This document shows, one piece after another, positions 41,261 through 55,000 of a DNA stretch of 64,000 nucleotides; the stretch's first letter is position 1; each line of letters opens with the position of its first letter. Made by a program: the position numbers and the translations under genes. The stretch is from Chrysomallon squamiferum. Its lineage: Eukaryota > Animalia > Mollusca. The notes below the pieces were generated by a model. The model saw nothing but the letters and a program-made list of their open reading frames with translations. It made no database searches and was not told the DNA's origin. Location of the stretch: positions 7,688,001 through 7,752,000 of the forward strand of contig CM022671.1 of assembly GCA_012295275.1 (NCBI GenBank). The letters run 5' to 3'.

Positions 41261-41309
<49 letters not shown>

Positions 41310-41339
41310 CTGTGTGTATACACACACAGACATATTTTT

Positions 41340-41382
<43 letters not shown>

Positions 41383-42139
41383 TGGGTGGATGGATAGATA
41401 GATAACAGCATGAATTTTATCAGTATAATTATTTATAATCTATTACTAGAACAATGTATAGTGTTCATAGTTCATAATAATATCAGGGCTCATGCTGTCT
41501 GTAACTAGGTTTAAGAAAAAGTCTTATTATTAAATGTTTAATGCTGTGCTGTTAATGATCTTTTTGAACAATGAAGAGGTGACTGTGTCAGCATGAGATT
41601 CATGAATATATAGTTACAAACGGAAGTCAGTACGTATTTCAGTTTTTCAACTATGACTGCTGATGTGTGTCAGGTATTTGAAATATGCTTACATGTTAAA
41701 GTGACAAGCATATCTCTGTCTTGAGCACATAATCCAGGAGATCTGCTGGATTGAAGCTGCACCAGCTGGGATCATGTTTAATTCAAAAGCAGAAACATGT
41801 GACCCACTAATATTAAATCTCCGATATTTCTAAAGCAACGTAGTAATGTTAGAGAATCTTTTAGAATTAATCTGTTTGTGATGTTATCTTAATGTTTACG
41901 TACAGCACTGGAATTTAATCACACTATCTAGCATGTCTTCTTAAATCAGTGTTTAACCATAACATCCTCATTTCTTAATGCTTTTATAATATTTGTTGCG
42001 GTTTTTATGAAAATATCGATAAACAAAAATTACGTGTCAGGTGATAACTGTATCTTTTCTGTATTGGGATTTTTTTTTATATTATATATATATATATATA
42101 TATTTCTTTGTCCATAATTTATTTTAAAATCCTTTTCAG

Positions 42140-42272
42140 ACGGACAGACAGTGATTTCAGTATTGACAGTGCCAATTACAATGAAGATGACATGTCAAGT
42201 GAGTCGGAGATGGAAGAAGCTGACAAAGCCAGAGTCTATACATCTTCAAAAACAGGATCTCCGCAAAAATTA
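42140..42272 (+). CDS. OSBP: OSBP exon 6: Ser/acidic linker
   Basis: RTDSDFSIDSANYNEDDMSSESEMEE; ttttcag acceptor, donor GTATGT; phase 2-0. Confidence 0.85.
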
Positions 42273-42858
42273 GTATGTTACTATATCTATTCAGTTTATG
42301 GAAAGTGGAATTGTGAAATTCTACAATTTATTAAGAGTGTTACCTAACTTGGAAGTTGTATAAATAATGTTAAAACTATATATTTTTTATATTTAATTTT
42401 TTTATTTCTTTATTTCTTTATTGTTATTATTATGTATTTTATTTATTTATTTATTTATTATTATTAGGTAGTTTTGGGGGTTTTTTCGGGTTTTTTAAAT
42501 TATCAAAATAGTAAAACTACATATGCAAAATAATACTTTGAATTTGGATATAAATACAAGGGGCTTTGTTTATTCTTTATTTTTTAATTTTTGCTTTTGT
42601 TTTCAATTTAAATATTAAGCCATCGTAAAGTACAGATAATTATTTTAACTCAAGACAGATCAGAAATATTATGTTTTATTTTTTTAATTTTAATTTTTAA
42701 CAAGATATTATGATATATAAATATGATACTGACAGTTTGCACATTCAGTTAATTGAAAGCATTCCTAGCTCATTTTTTTCAATCCAGTCACTGCCCATCA
42801 TAAATTTGATTATTTTAAAGTTTTCCAATGATCTAAATCGTAACTTAAATCTGTTTAG

Positions 42859-43089
42859 AAGAATGAAAAATCCGGCCATAAGAGGACCTGTAGTTACGAA
42901 AAATCTAAGAATCGCACAGCTTCGCCCGACACAACTACTGCAGAGTCTCTGCATTCTGAGGGGTCGAACCTGACCACACCCAAAAGAGTTCGTAGAAAAA
43001 GAATTCCCGACAGACCTAACTTTAGTTTAAACTTATGGAGCATAATGAAAACCTGTATTGGAAAAGAATTATCAAAGATTCCAATGCCT
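42859..43089 (+). CDS. OSBP: OSBP exon 7: ORD start
   Basis: ...RRKRIPDRPNFSLNLWSIMKTCIGKELSKIPMP; donor GTAAGT; NAGNAG acceptor, so start may be 42862. Confidence 0.93.
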
Positions 43090-43522
43090 GTAAGTAAATA
43101 CTGGCCTGAACTTTTTTCTCTTCTGTATTTCTGTGTTTTTAATTATCTTGCAGTTTTATTAGAAAATTTACTGCTTCAACTTTATTCATTTGTTTTTATT
43201 AAATTTCTTAAAATATTTTTTGACAACTGATATTAATGGAGGAATTGTTTTGTGTGTGTGTGTGTGTATTTTAGAGTGTGTAAGCTGTTATGTATACTAT
43301 CTATTATTATTTTTTTTTATTTTTTTTTTTTTTTTTTTAAACTGATTGTTGGATTAAGTGCTACACAGACCAACAGTGGTTTTTTTCTTTTTTTTTCTAG
43401 TAGTGCGTATTATAAGTCTACACGTGTCTGATGAGTGAGTGAAAGACACATCCAATACGTTTCCTCATAAAGCCAACACAACTTTCATTCATTCATCATT
43501 TCCTTTCGCTTCCTCACTTCAG

Positions 43523-43768
43523 GTAAATTTTAACGAGCCTTTATCGATGTTACAACGGTTGACAGAAGAGCTGGAGTACTCGCACCTCCTGGACACCGCT
43601 GGTCAGTGCCAGGACTCGGCCGAACAGCTGACCTGGGTGGCCGCGTTCACCATCTCCGCCTATGCACCCACAACCAGTCGGACGGGGAAACCGTTCAACC
43701 CGCTGCTCGGAGAAACATTCGAGTTTGACCGCAGGGATGACTTAGGGTGGAGGACGTTAGCTGAGCAA
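43523..43768 (+). CDS. OSBP: OSBP exon 8: ORD
   Basis: VNFNEPLSMLQRLTEELEY...KPFNPLLGETFE...LAEQ. Confidence 0.97.
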
Positions 43769-43788
43769 GTGAGTGTGAAGTGAAGTAG

Positions 43789-43945
43789 AAATTTGTTTAC
43801 CTGTGAGGCTTTAAACTGTAAAGCAGTTGATAAATTTACTTGTAAAGCAATGCAGCAGTTTGCATGTAAAACAGTACAGAAATTTACCCGTAAAATTGGA
43901 CAGAGATTTACATGTTAAAACAGTATAGACATTTACCTGTAAAAC
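43789..43945. repeat. Degenerate ~25-bp tandem repeat (aatttacctgtaaaacagt..ag)
   Basis: tttac(c/a/t)tgtaaa core repeated several times just after OSBP exon 8. Confidence 0.65.
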
Positions 43946-44679
43946 ATAACACATAAAATACATAACAATGCCTACCAGAGAAGAGTGGTACTATTTAACA
44001 ATGCTTTGTTGTCATACATTTAAAAATATTAAACTGTAAAAGAAAAAATAGGTGTTTGTTACTGTTCAGATTCCATTGAAAAAAAGTCTTGTTGTATATG
44101 TAAAGAAATAAAAAACTCAATATATTTTTTATATATTACTTTAAAATTAAATTTGTTTTAAGTATTTTATTTATAGTATTTGAATTTTTATTATATAATT
44201 TTTAAAGTTATTTATCAAAGAAATTACAATAAGTAGTATGTTTACCTATCAGTGGTAAATAGAATACAAAATATAAAAATTATTTGCTTTTGATAGTTAA
44301 GAAGTTTTGAAACACTGAAATAGCAACAGTGGAATTCCTATCACATATTATTTTCATAGGACATAATGAGAAACCAAAACACCTTTGACAGCTAATAAAG
44401 TGTAATACTAAAATATGTTAATTTCTGAGTTCTCCCATCACTGGATACCATAAATGTATATTTAATACATAATAATTTGATAGTTGCATAATATTAATTT
44501 AATATGGGTTTCCACGTTGTTAAATAAACAATGTATGCCTTCATTTCTTAGCTTTTCCTATCACCATCTATCAAAAGCTTACGATTAATGCATAATTATT
44601 TTATGTAAATATGAATATAATGTATTATGTGTTTGTGTTGTTAAATTAACATTATAGTTTAATTTTTTAATATTTTCAG

Positions 44680-44797
44680 GTTTCTCATCATCCTCCGACT
44701 TTGGCTACACATTCGGAGGGCAGAGAATGGACACTGTCACAAGAATTCACAATGACAAGCAAATTTAGGGGAAAATATCTTCAAATTATACCGCTTG
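44680..44797 (+). CDS. OSBP: OSBP exon 9: ORD signature
   Basis: VSHHPP...SKFRGKYLQIIPLG completes EQVSHHPP. Confidence 0.97.
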
Positions 44798-45161
44798 GTA
44801 ATTACTTTTATATCTAAGAAAATCTGATTTTGAATTAATTTTAACTTACTTTTATAATTATTTTTTTTAAATTTGAAAAGCTATATTTAAGAAATTACAT
44901 TGAAAATTTTTATTCTTGAATTTAAATTTTTTGTTTTTTTTTTTATTTGAATCCTTTAAAACTTTATTTTCATATATTTCATTTAATTTAATTTATATTG
45001 AAATAAATATTTTAATTCATTAAAAATTTTGTACTGATTTTGTTTTTATCTATTTATTTTATATTGCTCTGACTTTTTCTTTTTAGCTATTTATTTATTG
45101 AATTTATATTTTAATTTTCATTATTTTATTTTACATTTTATAAAAAAATTTCTTCTTTCAG

Positions 45162-45361
45162 GTATAGCACACCTAGTTTTTCACAAGAGTGGCAACCATT
45201 ACACATGGAGGAAGGTTACCACCACAGTACACAATATAATAGTTGGTCGACTGTGGGTGGACAGCCATGGAGAGATGGACATTGTCAATCACAGGAATGG
45301 AGATAAGTGTCACTTGAAATATGCAGCATACAGCTACTTCTCACGGGAAATTCCACGTAAA
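45162..45361 (+). CDS. OSBP: OSBP exon 10: ORD
   Basis: HYTWRKVTTTVHNIIVGRLWVD...YSYFSREIPRK. Confidence 0.97.
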
Positions 45362-45971
45362 GTATGTATTGATTCTACAAACTATTAAAATATCTATAAA
45401 GTTCTGTGTAAAGTATTAAAATATCTATAGTTCTGTGGTAAGTGTGTATTTGTGGTATTGTTTTTATAGTCTGTAAGCCAGACATCTAATTGGTGTTTAG
45501 TACCAAATTGGTGAACAGATCTAATTGTGGATTTTTTGTTAGTGTGAAGTCTTAAATGTCTGAAATTAGTTGATAGAAATTTCAGATTGGTAGTTTTATT
45601 CTCCTTCTGGTGGACCAATCATGACAAAGCTACCAATCTGAAATGTTCATCAAATGATTTATGACACTTCAGACATCAGAATAGTAGAATCCATGTTGAA
45701 TTTTTGTATATGTATGACTTTATTACCTATTACATAAAAACACCAGCACATATATAGTGACACATGCATATATATATATCTTCTTACACATAACCATTAC
45801 ACAATATTATAATCAGACATAAAATATAAAGATAATTATTCAGTCATACCTTGCATATTTATATTTTTCATGTGTCAAAACCGAATTTTGCATTCATTAA
45901 TGATTAATGCAATGTCTTTTTTATTTTTATAAATTTCTTTAATTTCTTCATCTTTTTTTTTTCTTACCCAG

Positions 45972-46141
45972 GTGACAGGTGTGGTCACAGATGCACAGGG
46001 CACACCCAAGTGGGTGCTCACAGGTACCTGGGATGCCCAGATGGAGTGTGCGCAGGTGCTCCATGTGGAAGAGTCCAATAAAGGAAAACCTGTGTTTGAG
46101 ACTGGACCTCACAAACTGTTATGGAAATGCAACAAGCCTTT
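45972..46141 (+). CDS. OSBP: OSBP exon 11: ORD
   Basis: VTGVVTDAQGTPKWVLTGTWDAQME...KLLWKCNKP; donor GTGAGT, phase 2. Confidence 0.95.
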
Positions 46142-46697
46142 GTGAGTGGTTTGTTCTGTTTTACACAAATTTCTTTTAACTGTTAATATTAAAATGTGTT
46201 ACAGTGTTAAATATTTGTTTATATTTCACTCCTTAACACATTAAATATATATCTTAAAATATTTAGTGCATAAAATATTTTAATATCTTATTTCAATATG
46301 TGCATTATTATTATGCAGCAGGTAATATTAATGTAAAATGGAAAGATTTTCTTTTTATTATCAGTTTTTACCAATAACTGATAATTCAGAGAAAATCTTC
46401 TATTCTACACAGTTACACAACTAATCACAGAAAGAAGTGTTTTTAGTATTGCAGATCAAAATCATCTACAATAAAAAATGTTTCACTTTATTTTTCAGAC
46501 CAGATTATGAGAAACATTTATACAACAAAATCAGTCAGTAATAATATTATTTTTCAGAAAAAAAAATCTTACATTTTTCAAAGTTAACAAACTAAACATA
46601 AAAAGAAGAGTTTTTAATATTACATGTAGAAATCAGTCTACAATATTTTTATTATTACTTTTATTTTTATTTTTATTTTTTTACTTTATTTTTCTAG

Positions 46698-46918
46698 ACC
46701 GGATTATGAGAAAATCTACCATTTTACACAACTGAGCTGTGAGTTGAATGAACCCGAGGAAGGCGTGGCACCCACTGACTCCCGCAATCGCCCAGACCAG
46801 CGGTACATGGAGAATGGCCTGTGGGACGAGGCAAACCGCACCAAGGTTCTGCTGGAGGAGAAACAAAGAGCTGCTCGCAGGAAACGAGAACAGGAAATAG
46901 AGAAGGCAAAAGCAGAAG
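46698..46918 (+). CDS. OSBP: OSBP exon 12: ORD
   Basis: PDYEKIYHFT...LNEPEEGVAPTDSRNRPDQRYMENGLWDEAN...LEEKQR; donor GTAAGT. Confidence 0.96.
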
Positions 46919-47586
46919 GTAAGTTACAAGACAAAGTAATTTATTTTAATTTTTTTAAAATAATAAAAAGTCAAGAAATGATCTTCATTGCACAATTTTT
47001 TAGATTCAGTTTAAAACTTTTTTTAAATTTTTTTTTTAGATTCAGTTTAAAACATTTTTAATATTTCCATTATAATAAAAGTATAAGATTTAAACAATAT
47101 TTTTAATTTCCTTCTTTTAATCCCATCATTACGAATTCACTTTCAACAGTCTTTTATGATTACTTTAAATACAGTAAAATAAACATATTTTAAAGATGAT
47201 AAATATTTAATGTTACGTATAAAGATATATTTTATATTTATCTCATTTTTATTTTTCATTTTAATACTACAACAACAGATATCTTTAGGAATCTCATTTT
47301 CAATACATATGTACTAATTAATTACATCTCATTTCAGTATTACAACAGCAGATATTTTTAGTAATCTCATTTTCGTAATACATTTTAATATTAAAACTAC
47401 ACTTAATTTTATTAATCTTGCTTTCAGTATAAATAATTTTTATTATTATTTCTTTTTTTTTCTTTCATCAAATAAACAGTTAATTTTATTAATCTGATTT
47501 TCAATCAAAATAATTTTTATTATTATTATTATTTACTTCTTTTTTTTTTTTCTCTCTATAAATATAATAATTAATTGTTTTTCCAG

Positions 47587-47732
47587 GGCGCGATCCACCA
47601 GTCTACCAGCCTGCGTGGTTTAAGAAGGAGCGCGACCCTGTGACAGGCAACTTGATATATCACACAACAGGAGAGTACTGGGACTGCAAGGCCAGACAGG
47701 ACTGGACACGCTGTCCAGACATCTTTCTCTGA
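47587..47732 (+). CDS. OSBP: OSBP exon 13 (terminal coding)
   Basis: YQPAWFKKERDPVTG...GEYWDCKARQDWTRCPDIFL-TGA. Confidence 0.96.
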
Positions 47733-50300
47733 ATCATTATTACCTGGCTCTGAGCTGTGTACACATTACTTCTACTGAATGGTTATATCACATAACTGAT
47801 TTCACTCTTAAAATGAGATGTATAAGACTCACACACAGGTGCGCACATTTACACACACACACATACACATCAACATGCATGTACACTCACACATGTATAT
47901 ACATACATATACAAACACATATACAAACACACATATATAAATCATTAACGCATGGATACACACAATCACATATGCAGATTTAAAAAATGTAATGTTAATA
48001 GATATTATGATTTAATCAAAATCGAGCCAAAAATAAAATATTGTAAAATCATTTCATTATGGATAATGTACTCTCTGATTGCCCATGTTGTATTCAGATA
48101 TTTAAATGGGTTGTTTTTTAATTTATGGAAGAAAAAAAATAAAATAAAAGGTGATTTTGGATTTGGAAAGCAAATTTTGAATAAAATATGTATTTTTAAA
48201 AAAAAATTAAAAGTGGTGTTTTTGACTGAATATTTCATTCGTATTTCTTATAATACAAAGAAAAAGCATTAATTATGTTAAAATTTAGTCATGTTACAAT
48301 AAAATAAAAATCATGATTTATCACTTTGTGAAGACAGTGTGTTGATTATTATCTAATCTGCTTGCATTATGCTGTGATCAATTTCATATAAGGATGAATG
48401 CATTTAATAAATTAATGTTCCTGGTGCATGCTTTGACTAAATGAAGTTTGTGTTTGATGTGTGTCGACATCCAGTTTCTGTGTTAATTAATCAGGCCAGT
48501 GTTGTATTAATTCTTCACAGTTTGAAATACATCATTATATTTACATGTAAAAACGTCACCTTTGAATCAGATGGTATGATATAAATAGTACTGTTGGGAG
48601 TCTGTGGTCTGTGCTGATTTTTTTTTTTTTTAAATTATGGAGATGAATTGGTATTGTTTTGCTGGTAGAAAAAAAATATCAAAAAATAATTATGTTTTTT
48701 TTTTTTTAATTACGTTTGTTGTTCAGATTTTGCTGTATAATTTATTTTTCATTTTTGTTTTCATAGGTTTGTTTCTATCAACATTCTGAGGAAATGTAGA
48801 CATTAACATTTTTTTATATACAGTCACATATTCTGATAATAAATAGAAATAAATTTTACTTCATCTTAATCAGAAAATAAATGAATTTAAAAGATACCTT
48901 TATCTGAACACAATATCAAATCATAGATTATTCATATTTTTCACCAAATCTTAAACAAATAATATAAACCATAATCACTGGTGTTGCAGTGCTATTTTCA
49001 CAATCTTTAATTTATTAGAATTTACATATTTTATATATCCAATAAACAAGAAATTTGCAGAATTATTTTCATCAATTTATTAAAAATGTTATATTTCACA
49101 TGACAGGTAACCAAGAAACATACAGAATTATTTTAACAATTTTTAATTTATTGAAAATTACGAATTGAAATCCTTTCTTGCCTGCATAAAGCACAAACTA
49201 TTCATTGTAAACAGTACCTCAATTGTAATACAGTTTGAGTATCATGCTTGATAAATCTCACTTAAGACTTCTATACTTATTTAATTACAAAAACAGTGCA
49301 AGATGTTATCTTGTAACAACTTTGTCTTTGAATGCTGGATAATATGAATCATTAAAGCTTTTAGTTGTTATTTTAATTAAGAATAATGTGTTGTAACATC
49401 AGTTACTACAAAACTCATAAAGGACTTTAATATATTTTTACTTTTCTGTATAAAAACTTACAAAAAAAGGTTTTTTTAATATGTAATAATAATTACAAGC
49501 AATGTTCAGCTTAATTACCATTGTACTTAATTAGCTCTTGTATTCAGAACAATATGCTTTCTATTGTATTCAAAACAAGAATTACATGCAACATGCTTCT
49601 TTTGTTTTTAAATTTTTACAACAGCATTAAAGTATAGCTGTGGTGATATGAAGAAGTTGTCTAAATACATTTTCATGCTTCCAATTATATATATATATAT
49701 ATATATATACATACATATATATATATATATTTTTTTTTTTTTATTTTTTTTTTTCTCTCATTTATTCTGTCCAGTCTTAGTTGATAATGAAGTGTAACAA
49801 CAAAAGAACAAAGTCTAAAAATAACTGGGAGCCACAATATTTCTGTAGTCATGACATCAATGTGTACAATGTGGATCAATTTGCTCTGGTGTCAGAGAGA
49901 ATACATACAGCTATCTATCCACCATGTTTACAATGATGTCATCATCAATCCAGGCATTAACAGGTAAAATGGTGGCATCCAGATGTTTTGTAACAATATT
50001 ATATTATTATTCTCATATTTTGTTACAAGCAATGATAGGTCACCCAGAACCATGCAATAATATCTTGGAACTGTAAAGATTTTTGATGAGATTGTTTACC
50101 TTTTTATACATAAAGATGAACGTTACTGGTCTATCATATTTAATATAGATGTTATTGTAATTTATTTTAAGAGTTTAAATGAATGAAATATATGCAGCTT
50201 GGACAAAAATTAGAATGTTACAACTGCTATTACTGTTATTATAGAAAAAAAAATGTAATTTTTTTTTTTTATGCACTACATGAAGTTAATGTTATTGTTG

Positions 50301-50334
<34 letters not shown>

Positions 50335-50723
50335 CATCATCATCATCATCATTGTCATCACTGTCAATTAAAAATGAAGTAAATTCAGTTAGGAAAGATA
50401 TGAACTTGATCATGGTTAAAATTATACCAACACCAAGAGAAAATATATTTTAATACATGTATTCCTGTCTTGTTGACAGCAATTACAAATGTCAGTATAC
50501 TCAAATTATAACTGGCCTAGTCTGTTTAGAGCGTGTGAACTTTTGATATACACATACTGTTTATAAATGTCTCAGTTGCTTGATTCAGATTATGTTGTTA
50601 AATTTGTGTGTTTAATTGCTGCCATTTTCTTTTACTGTCATTTATTTCTGTCTTTTCTTTGTTGTTTTGTTTTGTTGTTTTTTGTTTGTTTGTTTTTTTC
50701 ATTCTTTTATTTTTTATTATTAT

Positions 50724-50755
<32 letters not shown>

Positions 50756-51964
50756 CTATACAGTGCTGGGAATATAATTATTACATTATTACTATATTAT
50801 ATTATATTATATTATATTATGTTTTATAATGATGTGCATGGTATTGCTCTACCATTATTTATTCTTTCAGGAATGTTCTGGCTTTTGTCTTTGCAGTTGG
50901 TCATTCCATATAATGCTGTCCATATCTAATGTTGTCCATAAAACCTGATCTTTGTTAAAACTGGATGTGTATTTTATTGATTATTATAGATTGTTTATTT
51001 GTTGAAATTTCAGTAATTTCTTTTCCTTTTTGTTTTTTAATTTTGGTTTCCTTTTGTATATGATGTTGTTATTGTTGTTGGTGTTGTTGTTGTTGCAGCA
51101 AATATCCTGGTGATGTGTGCTCCACAACAGCTCAAAGGAAAAAAAAAAAAGTAAAGAAAATAGATTTAAATGTTTCTAAATACATTGTACATAGATATTT
51201 TTTTTTTTTTTTTTTTGTGCAGGGAATGTGGTATTTCTTGATTTGTACATAGTAAAATATTAAAAAAAACAAAAACATATTTGTACATGTACTTCAGTTG
51301 TTGAAGTTCAATATTCCATGGCTTGTTGTGATGTATTCACCTTGGAAATCTTTAATAGCAGTGTGTGTGTGTGTTTTTTTTAATATCTGATACATCTGCT
51401 GGATGTTACTCTTTGGTTATTTTCATTTCTAAACGTCGATAAAACAGCCTTTCACTATATACTTGTACACTGTAACAGTTCACCAATCACCTGTTTAAAG
51501 CAGCTGGTTGTTAATGTAATCCACCCTATTCATCAACGTAGTATCAGCTGACCTGTTTTAAGCAGAGCCACCTGTTAATAAGGACCACTTTTTGCCTACT
51601 TAGCTTTGGGATTGAACATTTATGAAAGATGCCTTTTTTTTTTCTCTTTTTTTTTCTGCATTTTTATATTTTATTTCCTTTCTGTGAAAACGTCTGCCAA
51701 TTTTGAGTCATGATTTTGAGTCTTGAGTTTATATGGCATCACACTTCTTTTCTCACAGTTACAAGAAATTCATTCCATACTTAAAACAAAAATATGCTTT
51801 AGGAAATAGATCAAGTTTTCATTGCAGACTCAATAATTGATCATTTGTTTTATATATATATATATATTTTTTGTTTTTGTTTTTTGTTCTTTTTTAAATG
51901 ACTATGAACAAATAAGAAATTTATTCAAAGGATTCTTATTGAGATGTTCAAAATCTCAATTTTT

Positions 51965-52018
<54 letters not shown>

Positions 52019-55000
52019 ATCTGTTAATATTTTGTCATGTTAAGATAACCTCTGTTACCTTTCCAAATGATTTAATATTTTTAAACACCAATATTAATTT
52101 CAACACATCCTGAAAATTCAAGCTAAACATATTTCAAAAACTAAATTGATTAATTTAACGATTAAGAATACACAGAATAAGATGAATCTAAAGAACATAA
52201 ATAAACAAAATGTTTTCTTAGGAATGTTTGAACATTATTAGAATGTGTGATTTGACAATCCATCTTAAGAAATCCCTATACTATCAATTTATTTTTACTT
52301 CATTTATTTATTTATTTTTACTTTATTATTTTTCAAAGGTTGAGCATCAATTACAAAATTACAAAGAAGTATATTGGGTCTGTTTTCTATCTGTTATAAG
52401 TTTTACTGAATGTTTTCCTTACAGATAAACCCAGTAGAAAGAAAAAGTGTTTTTAAGGTTTTGGATATCTGATGTGTATTAGGTGAATGATAATAAACAG
52501 AATGTAGTTAAGGCTCAAAAATATGGCCCATGTTCAGGTGACACTGCTGTGATAAAATAGTAATTATCTTACATATATGCATGCAGTTTATAAAAAAAAT
52601 ATTAAAAAGAAGTGCACTTGATAGTTCCATGACACATAATGTGGGACAGATATTTTCCAAGTTTAATTTGTGTTTTTTATGTCTTAAATAGTTTCCCCTA
52701 CCTTTATCTTCAGTCGAATCTATCTGTATTATACTCAAATGGTAGGATATGTATGTTACTAAATTAAAAGTAAGATAATTGTGACATGTGTTCTGTAAAT
52801 TTCAACATTTGTAAACATTTCAACAGATGATGTAACTCTTCTCTGTATGAAAATTTAAATGTTGAGAAATTGTATTTAAAGAATGAGGACCTGCTTGTCC
52901 AAAAAGTGCTTCAAGTCATTTAATAAACTGAAATAACGACATAGTTTTTTGTTTTTTTTCCAAAATGGCTTTAGATTAATTATTTTAAATATTTTATTTT
53001 TATTCTATTTTTTTTGTTTTTTATTTAATTATTTAAATGTACATGATTAACAGATTTAACCAAGAACTTCTAAAGGCACAATAAGTACATCAATGAGAGT
53101 AAAATAAAATCTTTAATAGTTGCAGAAAATCGAGACATATTTTCTTGGCCTTTGTCACTGTAAATTTATCGTTTAGTGCGAAAATATGTTATTTTTATGT
53201 CATTTTCGTTGGCAGCTTATTTTTCATAAAAATGTGATTTAAGCACAAAGTAAGCAGGTCTTCAAATTAAAATATATTTAAAATGAATCAGCATTAAGTG
53301 TAAATAATAGAAAATACTTTACAAAAATACAATAAAAAAAAAAAATGGTGTGGGAATGATATTGAGTACTGGAATAATTCAAATGCTGTGCATCTTTAAA
53401 AAACAATTTTATTTATTTTATTTTTGTTTGTTTAGCCTTCACCGATTGATTGTATGTGCCATTACCTGGATAACTGGATAACTGTGTGCTTTATTCATAG
53501 TTCTGTGAATCATGAAAGATGACTATGTACATTGATTTTTTTTTTTTTATATATATATATATATATATAAAATGTTTTTGTCCAAATTATCACTTTTCTG
53601 TGGTTGACAAATAAACAAGTTTTAATCATTGCAGTGAAATTCATGGGTTCTTAGATCAGTGTTTTTCATTTTATTTATTATTATTACTTCTGTTGGGATT
53701 TTTGTATACAAAAATTGATTTTGATTATGAGAGTAATTTGTAAGAATATCCCACCTAGATCTGATAGAAAACTGATTTACTGTTACTTGCACCACTGTAG
53801 ATCAACATAAAGTTTAACATAAACGCTTCAGATGTGTACGATCATTGTTGCTGAAATTTTTTTGTCCTCCTCAATTTGCTAACTGGGTATAATGTGAATG
53901 CTTTTAGGGCACTTCAAATAAATAAAAATGATTTAAGTTGACTTCTGTTTTGTTTTACTTTATTTTTAGATGGTTTCAAACCAGTGACTTTTATTTTAAT
54001 ATTTAAAATATTTTGTTATTTTGTCAAATCTGCTTACACTACAATGAACTGTTAGTCAATACTTCAGTATGAGTATTTTTAAACTAGCAGAAAAAAAGTA
54101 ACTGTTTGTTTATCATGTCGACAAAAACATAATTTCAAGACATAAAATGATAAATCATTGTGATAGCTTCATTTATTAGGGAATTCTGTAAAACTTCAAA
54201 TTATTTAAAATGTCACAGCATCCATCCTTTCATTGGCATTGGAGGATAAAAAACCAGTTCATAAAGTTAATAGGTCATAAGGTCACCATTTGCACCAGTG
54301 ATGGCTTAGCACCATTGACTCAGAGAGTCTATTTGTTTCATATATGTTATAGAATTAAAACAGCAAATCAGACATAAGGGTTTCTAAATTACTTGTTCTT
54401 GGTATACATCTTTTGTTTAGATAAATCCATACATCTCATAAAATCTAGTTGGAGTTTTAAGCCACCTTTTATATATTCGGGCATTTGAAGAAGCAGATAC
54501 ACAACAAAACAAAATTTAATTTAATTTTTTTTTTTTCATTATTAACACCAAATCTTGTGATTGTTGTAATTAGTCCAGTCACAGCCAATTTGTAAACTAT
54601 AAGGATGATACCTATATATATCCAGACAAATATTTTAAGAATCTCTGGTTCAAAAGTATTACCCACACAGGAGCAGATGTTAGCATGTCATGTGAGATGT
54701 TAAGGTATCAACATATCAACTAGGATATCCAATTCAAACATGGTCATCATTTTTAGAAGATGAAGGTTACTTCTGCAAGATAATTTATTTTTTTCAACAT
54801 ACAGAGATTGATTTATGAGAAGCAACATTGGTTTTTCATATCTAATCAGTCATGCTATCATCAGTAAAGTATAGTGTGTTGTGGATGGAAGACAACTCTT
54901 TATTATTGAACTATCTGCACTCATTGCTTCACAACACTAAACAGCTCTACTGGCGTGTTGTTGAACAAGATGGTGTCACCAACTGCCAGAAAGAAGATGG

